Shown here in pieces: positions 31,277-47,669 of a DNA stretch of 64,000 nucleotides (position 1 is its first letter; each line of letters begins with the position of its first letter). Below the pieces are notes generated by a model that was not told where the DNA came from, made no database searches, and was given only the letters and a program-made list of their open reading frames with translations. A program made the translations under genes and the position numbers. Source of the stretch: the human T2T-CHM13v2.0 reference genome, Homo sapiens; the NCBI RefSeq assembly GCF_009914755.1, contig NC_060935.1; one strand, given 5' to 3'.

Positions 31277-32467
31277 TTCTGACTTTCTTCTCCTCCTTCA
31301 ATAGTGTATTGGCTATCTGGTTCTTTTGCCTCTCCATATAAACTTGAGAATCAGTTTGTCAATATCCACAAAATAACCTCCTGGGATTTTTATAGGGATC
31401 GCATTGAAGCTTTCGGGCAACTTTTAATGAACCAACCGATGACTGATATACCTAGGGGAAATAGACTATTATTCTAGAAAATAATATATATCTTACTAAA
31501 ACTGATTTAAGAAGGAGTGGAAAACCTCAATAGCTCAATAAATTGAATCAATAGCTAAAAATCTGCCCACAAAAGAAAACAAAATTAGATAAAATACCTG
31601 ATCCACTTGACTTTACAGGTGAGTTCCACAAAACGTTCATGGTATGAAAAATCTCTATATTATATAAATTATTCCACCGAACAGAAAAACTTCCCATCTC
31701 AGTTTAGGAAGCTGATATAATAGTGGTACCAAAACTAGATAAAGATGATATAAGGAAGAAAATCTATAGGTTAATCATAGATATAAAAATCCTAAATGAA
31801 ATCTCAGCAAACAGAATTCATAATTATACATAAAATAATAATTTATCAACATTCAGTAGTGTATATACAAAGAATAAGCACTGGTTTAATAACAGAAAAT
31901 CTATAGGTGTAATTCCACAAACTAACAGATTAAAGAGAAACATCATACAATCATCTCAAATAGACATATTTTGAAAAACATGATAAAAGTTGACACTCAT
32001 TAATTGATTTATAAAAATCTTCACAACCTAGAACTTCCCTAATATATCAAAGGGTATCTACCAAAAACCTATTGGAAATAGTACGTTTTATGGTGAAAAA
32101 CTTGAGGCTTTCCCTCTGTTGTTAGGAATGCAACCAGGGGAGAATTTGATCCCAGTCACAAGACTGGGTCCAGGGGATTTGGATTTTTAGTTATGAAACT
32201 GTGAGAACTAGTGTCAAATACCTCAGTGCTTTTGCTATGGCTGGGATGACCACAGAAGTAGGCATTATAGCAAAATCGTGAAAAATCTTGGAATCAAAAT
32301 AATAAATAGAATATAGAATCAGAAAATATTTATTTGGAGTCCTAGAATATCAGAATAATTGAATTATATAGCCCTAGAATCCTAAAATAAATGAATGTTA
32401 AAAATCCTAGAATCTGGGAATCAGAATATTTGTCTTAATTTGGGGGGAGTTGATTGTTTTTGCTGAC

Positions 32468-32844
32468 TGTTCTGCACTGCATGTTTGTGTCCCCCTAAAA
32501 CTCATATGTTGAAACTCTAAACCCCAGTGGGATGGTATTAGGAGGTGGGGCTTTTGGGCGGTAATTGGGTGTAGTGTACATGAGTTCACAAGGGTGGAGC
32601 GTCTGTGATGGGAATCGTTTCCTTATAAGAAGAGAAAGAGACCAGAGCTTGCTCTGTCCACCATGTGAGGGTATCATGAAAAGACAGCATACGCAGACCA
32701 GAAAATGGGTCCTCATCAGACATCAGATCTGCCAGCACCTTGATTTTGGACTTCCCAGGCTCCCGAAGTGTAATAAGTAAATGTTTGTTGTGTAAGCACT
32801 CTATCTATGGTATTCTGGGATAGCAGCCCAAGCTGACTAAGACA
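32468..32844 (+). mobile_element. MLT1A-like solo LTR
   Basis: gtttgtgtccccctaaaactcatatgttgaaactcta...tagcagcccaagctgactaagaca. Confidence 0.85.
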
Positions 32845-33010
32845 CAGGCTAACAAATTCCTCCTCTTGAACCAAAATAATAATTATCATAATTTTCATCT
32901 TTCCTTGAGACCACCATATGACAGCATTGTAAAGATACATTTGAAAACAACTATTACATCGCCCGATCTCTTCTCAAGCTAAATATTCCAAATTTTTTCA
33001 TTTAGTGTAA

Positions 33011-33548
<538 letters not shown>

Positions 33549-33551
33549 CCC

Positions 33552-36500
33552 ATTTTTATTTTTTTATTTTTATTTTTTATTTTAAGATCTGGGGTACACG
33601 TGCAGGATGTGCAGGTTTATTACATAGGTAAACGTGTGCCATGGTGGTTTGCTGCACCTATTAACCCATCACCTAGGTATTAAGCCCAGCATGCATTAGC
33701 TTTTTTTCCTAATGCTCTCCCCCACCGCCCTCCCTTGACAGGCCCCAGTGTGTGTTGTTCCCTTCCCTGTTGTCCATGTGTTCTCATTGTTCAGCTCCCA
33801 CTTATAAGTGAGGACATGTGGTGGTTGGTTTTCTGTAACTGTGTTAGTTTGCTGAGGATAATGGCTTTCAGCTTCATCCATGTCCCTGCAAAGGACATGA
33901 CCGCTTTCCTTTTTATGGCTGCATAGTATTCCATGGTATATATGTACCACATTTTCTTTATCTGGTATTTGGGTTAATTCCATGTCTTTGCTATTGTGAA
34001 TAGTGCTGCAATGAACATATGTGTGCATGTATCTTTATAATAGAATGATTTATATTCCTTTGGGTATATACCCAGTAATGGGATTGCTGGATCAAATGGT
34101 ATTTCCAGTTCTAAACCTTTGAGGAATCCCCACACTTTCTTCCACAATAGTTGAACTAATTTATATTCCCACCAACAATGTAAAAGCATTCCTATTCCTC
34201 CGCAACTTCACCAGCATCTGTTGTTTCTTGACTTTTTAATAATCGCTATTCTGACTGGCATGAGATGGCATCTCATTGTGGTTTTGATTTGCATTTCTCT
34301 AATGATAGTGATGTTAAGCTTTTTTTCATATGTTTGTTGGCCACATGTATGCTTCCTTTGAAAATTGTCTGTTCATGTCCTTTGCTGACTTTTTAATGGG
34401 ATTTTTTTTTCTTGTAAGTTTGCTTAAGTTCCTTGTAGATTCTGGGTATTAGATCTTTGTCAGATGGATAGATTGCAAAAATTTTCTCCCATTCTGTATG
34501 TTGTCCATTCACTCTGATGATAGTTTCTTTTGCTGTGCAAAAGCTCTTTAGTTGAATTAGATCCCATTTGTCAATTTTTGCTTTTGTTGCAATTGCTTTT
34601 GGCAATTTCATCATAAAATCTTTGCTCATGCCTATGTCCTGAATAGTCTTGCCTAGATTTTCATCTAGGGTGTTTATAATTTTGGGTTTTACATTTAAGC
34701 CTCAATCCATCTTGAGTTAATTTTTGTATAAGGTGTAATGAAGGGGTCCAGTTTCAATTTTCTGCATATGGTCATCCACTTGTTAGAGCACCATTTGTTA
34801 AGTAGGGAATCCTTTCCCGTTGCTTGCTTTGGTCAGGTTTGTCAAAGATCAGATGGTTGTAGATATGCAGTTTTATTTCTGAGTTATCTATTCTGTTCCA
34901 TTGTTCTGTGTGCCTGTTTTTCTACAAGTACCATGCTTTTCTAGTTACTGTAACCTTGTGGTATAGTTTGAAGTCAGGTAGTGTGATGCCTCCAGCTTTG
35001 TTCTTTTTGCTTAGGATTGTCCTGGCTATGTGAGCTCTTTTTTGGTTCCTTATGATTTTTTAAATAGATTTTTCTAATTCTGTGAAGAATGTAAATGGTA
35101 GTTTAATGGGAATGACATTGAATCTATAAATTGCTCTGGGCAGTATGGTCATTTTTGCGACATTGATTCTTCCTATTCATGAGCATGGAATGATTTTCCA
35201 TCTGCTTGTGTCCTCTCTGATGTCCTTGAGCAGTGGTTTGTAGTTCTTCTTGAAGAGGTTCTTCACCTCCCTTGTTAGCTGTATTCCTAGGTATTTTATT
35301 CTCTTTGTGACAATTGTGAAAGGGAGTTCATTTATGATTTGGCTCTCTGCTTGTCTGTTATTGGTGTATAGGAATGCTTGTGATTTCTGCACATTGATTT
35401 TGTATCTTGAGACTTTGTTGAAGTTGGTTATCAGCTTAAGAAGCTTTTGGGCTGAGTCCATGGGGTTTTTTAGATATCGGATCATGTCATCTGCAAACAA
35501 AGACAATTTGACTTCCTCTTTTCCTATTTGAATACACTTTATTTTTTTCTCTTGCCTGATTGCCCTGGCCAGAACTTCCAATATTATGTTGAATAAGAGT
35601 AGCAAGAGAGGACATCCTTGTCTTGTGCCAGTTTTCAAGGGGAATGCTTCCAGCTTTTGACCATTCAGTATGATATTGGCCGTGGGTTTGTTATAAATGG
35701 CTCTTATCATTTTGAGGTATGTTCCTTCAATATCTAGTTTATTGAGACTTTTTAACATGAAGCAGTGTTTAATTTTATCAAAGGCCTTTTCTGTGTTTAT
35801 TGAGATAAGCATGTAGTTTTTGTCTTTAGTTCTGTTTATGTATTAATTACATTTATTGATTTGCTTATGTTGAAACTACCTTGCATCCAGGGACTTGATC
35901 ATGATGGATAAGCTTTTCGATGTGCTGCTGGATTTGGTTTGCCAGTATTTTGTTGAGGATTTTTGATCAGTGTTCATCAGGAATATTGGCCTGAAGTTTT
36001 CTTCTTCTTCTTTTTTTTTTAATCTCTGCCAGGTTTTGGTATCAGGATGATACTGGCCTCATAAAATGAGTTAGGGAGGAGTCCCTCCATTTCAATTGTT
36101 TGAAATTGTTTCAGAGGAAATGGTACCAGCTCCTCTTTGTGCCTCTGGTAGAATTCAGCTGTAAATCCATCTGTTCCTGGTTTTTTTTGATTGATAGGCT
36201 ATTTATTACTGCCTCAATTTCAGAGCTTGTTATTGATCTGTTCAGGGATTCAGCTTCTTGCTGGTTCAGTCTTGGGAGGGTGTATGTGCCCAGGAATTTA
36301 TCCATTTTTTCTAGATTTTCCAGTTTATTTGCATAGAAGTGTTTATAGTATTCTCTGATGGTTGTTTTTATTTCTGTGGGGTCAGTGGTGTTATCCCCCT
36401 TATCATTTCTGATTGTGTTTATTTGAATCTTCTCTCTTTTCTTCTTTATTAGTCTAGCTAGCGGTCTATTTTATTAATTTTTTTCAAAAAACATCTCCTG

Positions 36501-39500
36501 GATTCATTGACTTTTTGAACTTTTCATGTCTCTATCTCCTTCAGTTCTGCTCTGAGCTTTGTTATTTCCTGTCTTCTGCTAGCTCTGGGGTTTATCTGCC
36601 ATTGGTTTTCTAGTTATTTTAGTTATGATGTCAGGGTGTCAATTTGAGATCTTTCTGGTTTTTTGATGTGGGCATTTAGTGCTATAAATTTTCCTCTTAA
36701 CACTGCTTTAGCTGCATCCCAGAGATTCTGGTATATTGTCTCTTTGTTCTCTTTAGTTTCAAAGAACTTCTTGATTTCTGCCTTAATTTCATTATTTGCC
36801 CAGAAGTCATCCAGGAGCAGGTTGTTCAATTTCCATGTAGTTGTGTGGTTTTGAGTGGGTTTCTTAATCTTGAGTTGTAATTTGATTGTGCTGTGATCTG
36901 AGAGACTGTTTGTTATGATTTCAGTTTTTTTGCATCTGTTGAGGAGTGTTTTAGTTCTCATTATGTGATCAATTTTAGAGTAAGTGCCATGTGGCACTGA
37001 GAAAAATGCATATTCTGTTGTTTTGCAGTGAAGAGTTGTGTAGATATCTATCAGGTCCACTTGGTCCAGAGCTGAGTTCAAGTCCCAAATATCTTTGTTA
37101 ATTTTCTATCTCAATAATCTGTCTAATACTGACAGTGGAGTATTAATGTCTCCCACTATTATTGTGTCAGGGCCCAAGTCTCTTTGTAGGTCTTTAAGAA
37201 TTTGTTTTATGAATCTGGGTGCTCCTGTATTGGGTGCATATACATTTAGGATAGTTAGCTCTTATTGAATTGAACCCTTTACCATTATATAATGTCCTTG
37301 TTTATCTTTTTTTACCTTTGTTGGCTTAAAGTCTATTTTGTCAGAAACTAGGATTGCAACCCCTGCTTTTTTCTGCTTTCCATTTGCTTGGTAAATTTGT
37401 CTCCATCCCTTTATTTTGAGCTTATGTGTGTGTTTGTACTTGAGATGTGTCTCTTGAATACAGCACACTAATGGGTCTTGTCTTTTTATCCAGCTTGCCA
37501 TTCTGTGTCTTTTAATTGGGGTATTTAGCCCATTTACATTTAAGGTTAATATGGTTATGTGTGAATTTGATCCTGTCATCAAGATGCTGCTTGGTTTATT
37601 TTGCAAACTTGTTAATGTAGTTGTTTCATAGTGTCGTTGGTCTGTGTACTTCAGTTTTTGTAGTGGCTGGTAATGATTTTTCCTTTCTATGTTTAGTGGT
37701 TAGTGCTTCCTTCAGGAGCTCTTGCAAGGCAGGCCTGGTGACGAAATCTCTCAGCATTTGCTTGTCTGAAAAGGATTTTATTTCTCCTCTGCTTATAAAG
37801 CTTAGTTTGGCTGGATATGAAATTCTAGGTTGGAAATTCTTTTCTTTAAGAATGTTGAATACTGGCCCCCAATCTCTTCTGGCTTATAGGGTTTCCGCTG
37901 AGAGGTCCTCTGTTAGTCTGATGGGCTTCCCTTGGTAGGTGACCTGGCCTTTCTCTTTGGCTGCCCTTAACATTTTTCCTCATTTTGACCTTGGAGAATC
38001 TAATGATTATGTCTTGGGGTTGATCTTCTCATGGAGTATCTAACTGGGGCTCTCTGGATTTCCTAAATTTGAATGTTGGCCTGTCTTGCTAGGTTGGGGA
38101 AGTTCTTCTGGATGATTTCCTGAAGTGTGTTTTCCAACTTGATTCCATTCTCCCCATCTCTTTCAGGTACTCCAATCAGTTGTAGGTTTGGTCTTTATAC
38201 ATAGTCTCATAGTTCTTGGAGGTTTTGTTCATTCCTTCTCATTCTTGTTTCTCTAATCTTGTCAACCTGCCTCATTTCAGCATGATAGTCTTCAAGCTCT
38301 GATATTCTTTCTTCCACTTGATTGATTTGGTTATTGACACTTGTGTTTGCATCATGAAGTTCTTGTGCTGTATTTTTAAGCTCCATCAGGTCATTTGTGT
38401 TCCTTTCTAAACTGGTTATTCTAGTTAACAGCTCCTGTACACTTTTGTCATGGTTCTTAGCTTCTTTGCATTGGGTTAGAACATAATCCTTTACCTCAGT
38501 GAAGTTCATTATTACCCACTTTCTGAAGCCTACTTCTGTCAGTTAATCCATCTCAGCTTCAGCCCAGTTCTGTGCCCTTGATGGAGAGGTTTTGCAATCA
38601 TTTGGAGGAAAAGAGGCATTCTGGCTTTTGAAATTTTCAGCGTTTTTGCATTGGTTTTTCCTCATCTGTGTGAATTTACCTACCTTTTCTCTTTGAGGCT
38701 GTTTACCTTTGGATGGGTTTTTTGTAGGGCCTTTTTTGTTGATGTTGGTGTTGTTGCTTTCTATTTGTTTTTCTTCTAACAGTCAGGCCCCTCTTCTGCA
38801 GGTCTGCAGCAGTTTGCTGGGGGTCCACTCCGGACCCTGTTTGCATTGGTATCCCCAGTGGAGGCTGCAGAACAGCAAAGATTGCTGCCTGCTCCCTCCT
38901 CCAGAAGCTTCATGCAAGAGAGGTACTGATCTGATGCCAGTCAGAACTCTCCTGTATGAGGTGTCTGGCCACCCCTGTTGGGAGGTCTCACCCAGTCAGG
39001 AGGCATGGGATCAGGGTCCCGCTTAAGGAAGCAGTCTGGCTGCCCCTTAGCAGAGCTGGTGCACTGTGCTGGGGGAATCCCCCTCATCTGGATTGCCTGG
39101 ACTCTTCAGAGCCAGCAGGCAAGAAAGATTAAGTCCACTGAACCTGAGACCATGGCCACCTGTCCTCCCAGATGCTCTGTTCCAAGGAGATGAGAGTTCT
39201 GTCTGTACACCCCTGGCTAGAGTTGCTGGAATCCTGCAGGGAGGCCCTGGCTAGTTAGGAGGATAGGTCCAGGTCCTACCTAAAGAAGCAGTCTGGCCAC
39301 GATCTGCCACAGCTGCTGTGCTGCACTGTGGAGAATACTGCTCAGTCCAAACTGCCCAGCCTCCCTAACACTGGCCGGGGAAAACCACTGACTAGAGCTG
39401 CAGTAATGGTGATCGCCCCTACCCCTGGGAACTGGTCGTCTTAGGCAGACTCCAGGCTGTTGTGGTGGCCTGAGAGGATTCCAAGTCAGTGGGTCTTAGC

Positions 39501-40042
39501 TTGTGAGGTTCCATGGGAGTGGGACCCACTGAGGGAGGCTGCTTGCCTCCCTGGCTTCAGTACCCTTTCCATGAGAGTGGATAGTTCTCCTGCCACCCTG
39601 GAGTTCCGGGAGCCACCAGAGTATGTAAAGATCCTGCAGCTCAGTGCCTGCCCCATTGGTTGCTGACCGGTGCCCCTGTCGTGGGTATGCCCAGTTTTGT
39701 GCTTGGGACCCAAGGTCCTGGTAGTGTTGGCACACGAAGGAATCTTCTGATCCACAGATTGCAAAAATCCGTGGGAAAAGTGTAGAATCCCAGGCAGGTA
39801 GCATAGTCCCTCACCACCTCCCTTGGCTGGGGGAGGGAGGTCCCTTTGCTCTGTGCAGCTCCTGGGTGAATCGTCACCCCACCCTGCTTTTCGTTCCTCT
39901 CCATGGGTCGTGCCAACCTTCTATCCAGTCCCACTGAGAACATCCGTGTCCCTCAGTTGACAGAAATCACTCGCCTTTTGCGTTTGTCTTGGTGGGAGAA
40001 ACAGACCAGAGCTGTTTCTACTTGACCATCTTGGCCCCTCCC
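33552..40042 (-). mobile_element. Full-length (~6.5 kb) inactive L1PA (about L1PA8-12 by 3'UTR)
   Basis: 5' end GGGGCCAAGATGG and ~1.3 kb 5'UTR; ORF1 piece at 38207-38509; EN piece ITILTLNVNGLNTPIKR at 37262-37606; RT piece TRQGCPL...LFADDMI at 35177-35812; C-terminal [10 protein letters not shown] at 33974-34189; A tail. ORFs are broken by stops and frameshifts. Confidence 0.95.
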
Positions 40043-40457
40043 CCCATTTTAAATTTTGATGCCCAAATTGTTCCAGATTTTCCAGTGAGAGACCCTTGGT
40101 GACAGCTCCGTAGCTCACTTAAATAAAATGACACAGATACATTTTAGGTTCCATACTGAGCATACTCCGTCTTCCTTCCTTCCTTACCACCATATGGAAG
40201 ATGACATGGATGCATGTTTTTGTTTTTGTTTTTTTACACATATGTGTACCTATAATAAATCTGTATTCTTTGTGTATTTAACATTATTTTTTTCCCGAAT
40301 GGTTATCATGCTTTGTGAAACTCTTACAATGTGCCTCTTTCACTTATCAATAGGAATGTGAGATTTATCCATGCTGATACATCTAAATCTGGTTAGGCCA
40401 TTTTAACTGCTCTCCAGTAGTCTGTTGTATGATAAACCACTTAAATACACCCCCCCA

Positions 40458-40490
40458 ACACACACACACACACACATACACACATATACA
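40458..40490 (+). repeat. (CA)n microsatellite inside an old L1M fragment (~40250-41250, minus strand)
   Basis: acacacacacacacacacatacacacatataca. Confidence 0.85.
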
Positions 40491-41547
40491 TCTGCTGAGG
40501 AACAGTTAGGTTGTTCCTACTTTTTAGCTATTACAAATAATGCAGCGCGTTTTTCCTTATATATGTCTCCATTGCCTATGTGAAAACAATTCTCTAGGGT
40601 TGATAATCCAGAAGTAGAGTTTCTGAGTCATAGGGTATATGCTGCTTTGAATATACGAGGAACAAATTCTCTCCAAAATGGTTGTACCAGTTTATACTCC
40701 CACCTGCAGTATGTGGGAGTTTCTGTTTCTCAATCTCCTCACCAATATCTGTTATAACCAGACTTTAAAACTTTTGCCGTTCGGAAGGGTGTGAAATGTT
40801 GTATCATGGTGTTTAAATTTGAATACTAGTAAGGCTGAACATCTTTTTATGTGCTTATTGCCTATTGGAGTTTCTGTTTTGCTGCTCATGTTTTGTTCTG
40901 TTTTGCCTTGACCCACTTTTCTATCAGGTTGTTTGACTTTGAAAAATTATTTTATAAAAGTTTCTAATACAGCCTGCATATTAATCACCCATGGTTTATG
41001 TGCATTGCAAATATCATCTCCCAGGCTGTGGCTTATCTTTCAATCATGTTTATAGTATCTTTTGACATACAGAGCCTTCAAATTTTAATGTAGTCAAACT
41101 TATCAATCTATTGCTTTGTGAGCTGCACTTTCTGCATGTTTAAGAAAACTTCCCTGCTCTGATGTCATGAAGATATTACCTTACATTATATTTTTTAAGT
41201 TTTTTGTCTTTATATTTTTAGTCTATCTTTTGTGTGTAATGTGAAGTAGTATAGCAGACTATCCTTCTTCCTTACTTAGAGCACCCCAGGTTATTCCTGT
41301 TCAGGTCAGCAGTGTACTTCTCTTTCTGGACTTCCTTGTAGCCAGAAAAGGTCATGTGACATGGTTCTGCCCATTGAGGCATGAGAGAAGGGGATTTCTG
41401 TGAAATGTTATGATTTCTTTCTTTCTTGATATGAGTGTATTTCCATCTACCTTCCTTCTTCCTTCTTCCTTCTACTTCTTCTTTTCTGAAAAAATGGACA
41501 TAGGCTAGAGATGAATCACCCTTTTGTCACCATGAGGTCACAAGCTT

Positions 41548-42134
41548 TGACACAGGAATAATACAGGGTGGTCACAGGAGAATAGAAAATTCCAGGCAGC
41601 AGTTTTACATGACTAGCAAAAGAAAACTTGAAATAGCTACAGAAGCTAGGGATTGACAAGACTCTGAAAACCAAAGTTTTGGACCAAGCTGGCTAAGACC
41701 AACCGGACACAACATGGTGCTGGATTTGACCTAGGTTTCACTTAGGACCTCATTATGCATTCATTAACATACACATCACACTCGCACCAGCCCCATGACA
41801 GTTTCAGGAACACCCATATTTGGTGTAAAAATGGGTGGCACTACAATTCTGAGAAATCTTCACCTTTTTCCAGGAATTTTCATGAATATTCCACCCCCTG
41901 GTTAAAGAAACCCATAAAGGTGGAAACCCCAAACTCCACTGTGTGACTCGCTTGAGTACACCCACACTCCCCTTTCTTGAGTATGTACTATTTGCTTTGC
42001 AATAAATCTCTGTACTTTCACTATTTTCTTGCTTGTCCTTGAATTCATTCTCTCGACGGTGTCAAGAACGTGGACACTGGCTGGGGCCGCAGTCCCACAG
42101 GTGTTTGGGGACCTCTCCCCACCCACTGGGATGA
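41548..42134 (+). mobile_element. ERV1 (MER4-group-like) solo LTR inserted in an older MLT1 LTR
   Basis: tgacacaggaataatacagggtggtcacaggagaatagaaaattccagg...; AATAAA at 42001; TSD gctt/actt. The MLT1 host reads through the insertion (catgaggtcacaagctt|gaagacagaaac). Confidence 0.7.
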
Positions 42135-42562
42135 ACTTGAAGACAGAAACTGCACACTAAAGATTGTAAATGGACAGACAGAGAGAATATGAAACATTAA
42201 TGGCATTGTGGAGATGCTACACCACTCTGCCTCTAGGTTCTTTTTAATCTTCATAGTTTTCTTCTTTTGTTCATTTTTGGGTTTCTTTTTATGAGAGAAA
42301 ATTAATCCATTTTTCATTAGGCTGCTTTCATGTGGCTTGTAGCTGAACGTAAATCCTAGCGATAAAGATAAGAATCTATTTTTTTCATGTTCTTTAAGCA
42401 TGGTTATTTGAATAGTTTACCCTTTCCTCACTGATTAATAATGCTTCCTCTAGTATATAACAAGTTTTTGTATGTAGGTGGATCTGTTTCTAAACTCTAT
42501 ATCCTGTTTTATTGGTCTATTTATTTACCCTGTGCTTAAATTATACTCAAGAGTTATTCTAG

Positions 42563-42940
<378 letters not shown>

Positions 42941-43529
42941 TAAGTTGTCATTCATTTTTTCACAATTTTTTTTGAGCACCTACTGTGTACCAGGCACTGT
43001 TCTATACTCTGGGATGTAAAATTTATGCCCTGTTCCATACTCTGGGATGTAAAATATTTCTCTCATAGTGCTTACATTGGATTGGAAGCCTTGTCCTTAA
43101 GACTTCCCTGTTAATTTTAGAATCAGCTTGAAAAACTCTGAAAACTTTAATGAAAAATGTTTTATGGAATTGCATTGAACTTATTGAATATTTAAGAAGA
43201 ATTTTCATTTTATGACTTTTGAGACATTCCACTCATAAAGATGGAAAATTTCTCTATTCACTTCAAGAGTGATTTTTGTTGTAATTGGAAATGGCATATC
43301 TTTTTAACATTTTATTTTTAAATAATTTTAGACTTGCAGGTTGCAAAAATAGCTCAGAGAAGTCCTGGTACCCATCATCCAGGCTTTCCCAATGGTGACA
43401 TCTTAATTGCAGCACTTTATCAAGACAAGGAAAGGACCACACAATTAACTAGACTACAGACCTTAATTGGAGTTTACCAGTTTTTGCATGACTCATGTTT
43501 TGGGTACATTTTCGCATGTGGTTCTGTGA

Positions 43530-43819
<290 letters not shown>

Positions 43820-44994
43820 AGTTCTATGACATTTTATTCCACCTATAGATTTATATCACTACCACCACAATCAAGATACACAACTGTTCATCACTACAAA
43901 GGAATTCCTTCCTGCTACCACTTCGTAATCACACCCTCTGCTGATTACCCCGATTTCCTCTGGCAACAACTGATCTATTCTCTACCTCTAAAATTTTACG
44001 TTTGAGAATGTTACATAGGTGGAATTATACAGCATGCAACCTTTTGAGGTTGGATTTTTCATTCAGTATAATGTCTTAAGATCCATCCAAGTTTTCACGT
44101 GTATCCACAGTTTGTTCCTTTTTGTTGTATGTAGTATTCCGTTGTCTGTATAGACCATGTTTTGTTTAAATATTTACCCATGGAAGGACATTTGGGTTGT
44201 TTCCATTTAGGGATATTAAGGTATTATACATCTACAAACATTTATGTACAAGCTTTTTCTTGTGAACGCATTTTCAGTTCTCTAGGATAAATACCTGGGA
44301 GTATGATTTCCAGATTATAAGGTAAGTGTCTGTTTAACTTTTTAAGAAACTGCCAAACTGATTTCCAGACTGGCTGTAGTATTTCACATTCCCACTAGCA
44401 ATGGATGAGATATCCAGTTTATCTACATTCTTATCAGCATTTGACACTGCCAGTACTTTTTATTTTAGCCCTTGTAACAGGGGTGCAGTGGTGTTATATC
44501 ATGGTTTATTTTATTTTTATAATTTCAACTTCTATTTCGGATTCAGAGGATACACGTGCAGGTTTGTTACATGGGTATATTGTGTTATGCTGAGGTGTGG
44601 GGTATGCCTGATCCCGTCATCCAGGTAGTGAGCATAGTACCAACAGGTAGTATTTTAGGCCTTGTTTCCCTCTCTCCCCACTCTAGTAGTCCCCAGTGCC
44701 TATTGTTCCTATCTTTATGTCCATGTGTACCCAATGTTTAGCTCCCACTAATAAGTGAGAACATCTGGTATTTGGTTTTCTGTTCCTGTGTTAATTTGCT
44801 TAGGATAATAGTTTATAGTTTGAGGTCTTAGATTTACATCTTTAATCCATCTTGAGTTAATGTTTGTATATGGTGAATGGTAGGGGTCTAGTTTCATTCT
44901 TCTGCGTATGGCTAGCCAGCTATCTATCCCTCCAGTTGAGTTAAGTGTTTAAGTTCCTTGTAGAACATACATCTTGCTGCTGCAAAATACATGA

Positions 44995-45284
<290 letters not shown>

Positions 45285-47357
45285 TGATTTCATTCTCTTT
45301 TATGGCTACATAGTATTCCATGATGTATACGTACCACATTTTCTCTATCCAGTCCACCATTGATGGACACTTAGTTTGATTCCATGTCTTTGCTGTTGTG
45401 AATAGTGCTGCAATGAACATGTACATGCATGTTTCTTTTTTGTAGAATGATTTCGTTTCATTTAGAGATATACACAGTAGTGGGATTACCGGGTCAAATG
45501 GTAGTTCCATTTTTAGTTCTTTGAGAAATCTCCAAACTACTTTCCACAGTGGCTGAACTAATTTACATTCCCACCAGCAGTGTATAAGCATTCTCTTTTC
45601 TCCACAGCCCAGCCAGCGTCTGTTATTTTTTGTCTTTTTAATAGTAGCCATTCTGACTGGTCTGAGATGGTATCTCATCGTGGTTTTGATTTGTGCTTCT
45701 CTGATGATTAGTGATGTTGAGAATTTTTTCATATGTTTGTTGTATATCTCCTTTTGAGACTTCTCGAAAGGAGTGTCTGTTCATGTCCTTTGCCCACTTT
45801 TTGATGGGGTTATTTGTTTTTTGCTTGTCGAGTTGTTTAATTTCCTTATAGATTCTGGAATTAGACCTTTGTCAGATGCATAGTTTGCAAATATTTTCTC
45901 CCATTCTGTAGGTAGTCTGTTTACGATGCTGATAATTTTTTTTCTTGCCGTGTGGAAGCTCTATAGTTTAATTAGGTCTCACTCATCAATTTTTTTTTTT
46001 TTTGCAATTGCTTTTGAGGACTTAGTCATAAACTCTTTGCCAAGGCTGATGTCCAAAATGGTATTTCCTAGGTTTTCTTCTAGGATTTTTATAGTTTGAG
46101 ATCTTAGATTTACATCCTTAATCCATCTTGAATTAATTTTTGTACATGGTGAGAGGCAGGGGTCTAGTTTCATGCTTCTGCATATGGCTAGCCAACTATC
46201 CCAGCACCATTTATTGAATAGAGAGTCCTTTCTTCATTGCTTATTTTTGTCAACTTTGTCAAAGATCAGATGATCGTAGGTGTGCAGCTTTGTTTCTGAG
46301 TTCTCTATTCTGTTCCATTGGTCTATGTGTCTGTTTTTGTACCAATACCACGCTGTTTTGGTAACTGTAGCCTTATACTATAGTTTGTAGTTGGGTAATG
46401 TGATATATTCAGCTTTGTTCTTTTTGCTTAGGATTGCTTTGGGTATTTGGGCTCTTTTTTGGTTCCATATGAATTTTAGAAGAGTTTTTTCTAATTTTCT
46501 TCTATCTCTTTTATCTAATCAAATTGCTTTGAATATAAATATAGAAATAGCATTGAATCTGCAGATTGCTTTGGGAAGTGCAGCCATTTTAAATTATGTT
46601 AATTCTTCCAGTTCATGACATGGAATATTTTCCATTGCTCTGTCATCTCTGATTTATTTCAGCAGTGTTTTGTAGTTCTTCTTGTAGAGATCTTTTACCT
46701 CCTTGGTTAGATGTATTTCTAACTATTTTACTTTTTGTGTGATGATTGTATATAGGATTGCATTCTTGATTTGGCTCTCAGCTTGAATGCTATTGGTGTA
46801 TATAAATGCTGCTGACTTTTGTACATTGATTTTGTATCTTGAAATTTGACTAAAGTCATTTATCAGGTCGAGGAGCCTCTTGGTAGAGTTTTTAGGGTTT
46901 TTTAGGTATAGAATCAAATCATCAGTGAAGAGAGAATTTGATTTCTTCTTTTCCTATTTGGATGCCCTTTATTTCCTTCTCTTGCCTAATTGTTCTGGCT
47001 AGGATTTCCAGTACTATGTTGAACAGGAGTGGTGAGAGTGGGTATGCTTGACTTGTTCTTGTTCTTTAGGGGGAGTGCTTCCAGCTTTTGCCTGTTCAGT
47101 ATGATGTTGGCTGTGGATTTATCATGGATGGCTCTTATTACCTTATTTTGAGATATGTTCCTTCAGTGCCTAGTTTGTTGAGGATTTTTATCATGAAAGA
47201 ATGTTGGATCTTATTGAAAGCTTTTGCTGTCTATTGAGATGATCATATGGCTTTTGTTTTTAATTCTGTTTGTGTGGTGAATTACATTTATTGATTTGAG
47301 TATTTGAGCCAACCTTGCATCCCATGGATAAAGCCTACTTGATCATGATGAATTAAC

Positions 47358-47669
<312 letters not shown>

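Noticed and set aside
35177-38509. RT, endonuclease and ORF1 ORFs as an active or novel retro-system
   Set aside because: Fragmented pieces of an ordinary dead L1PA.
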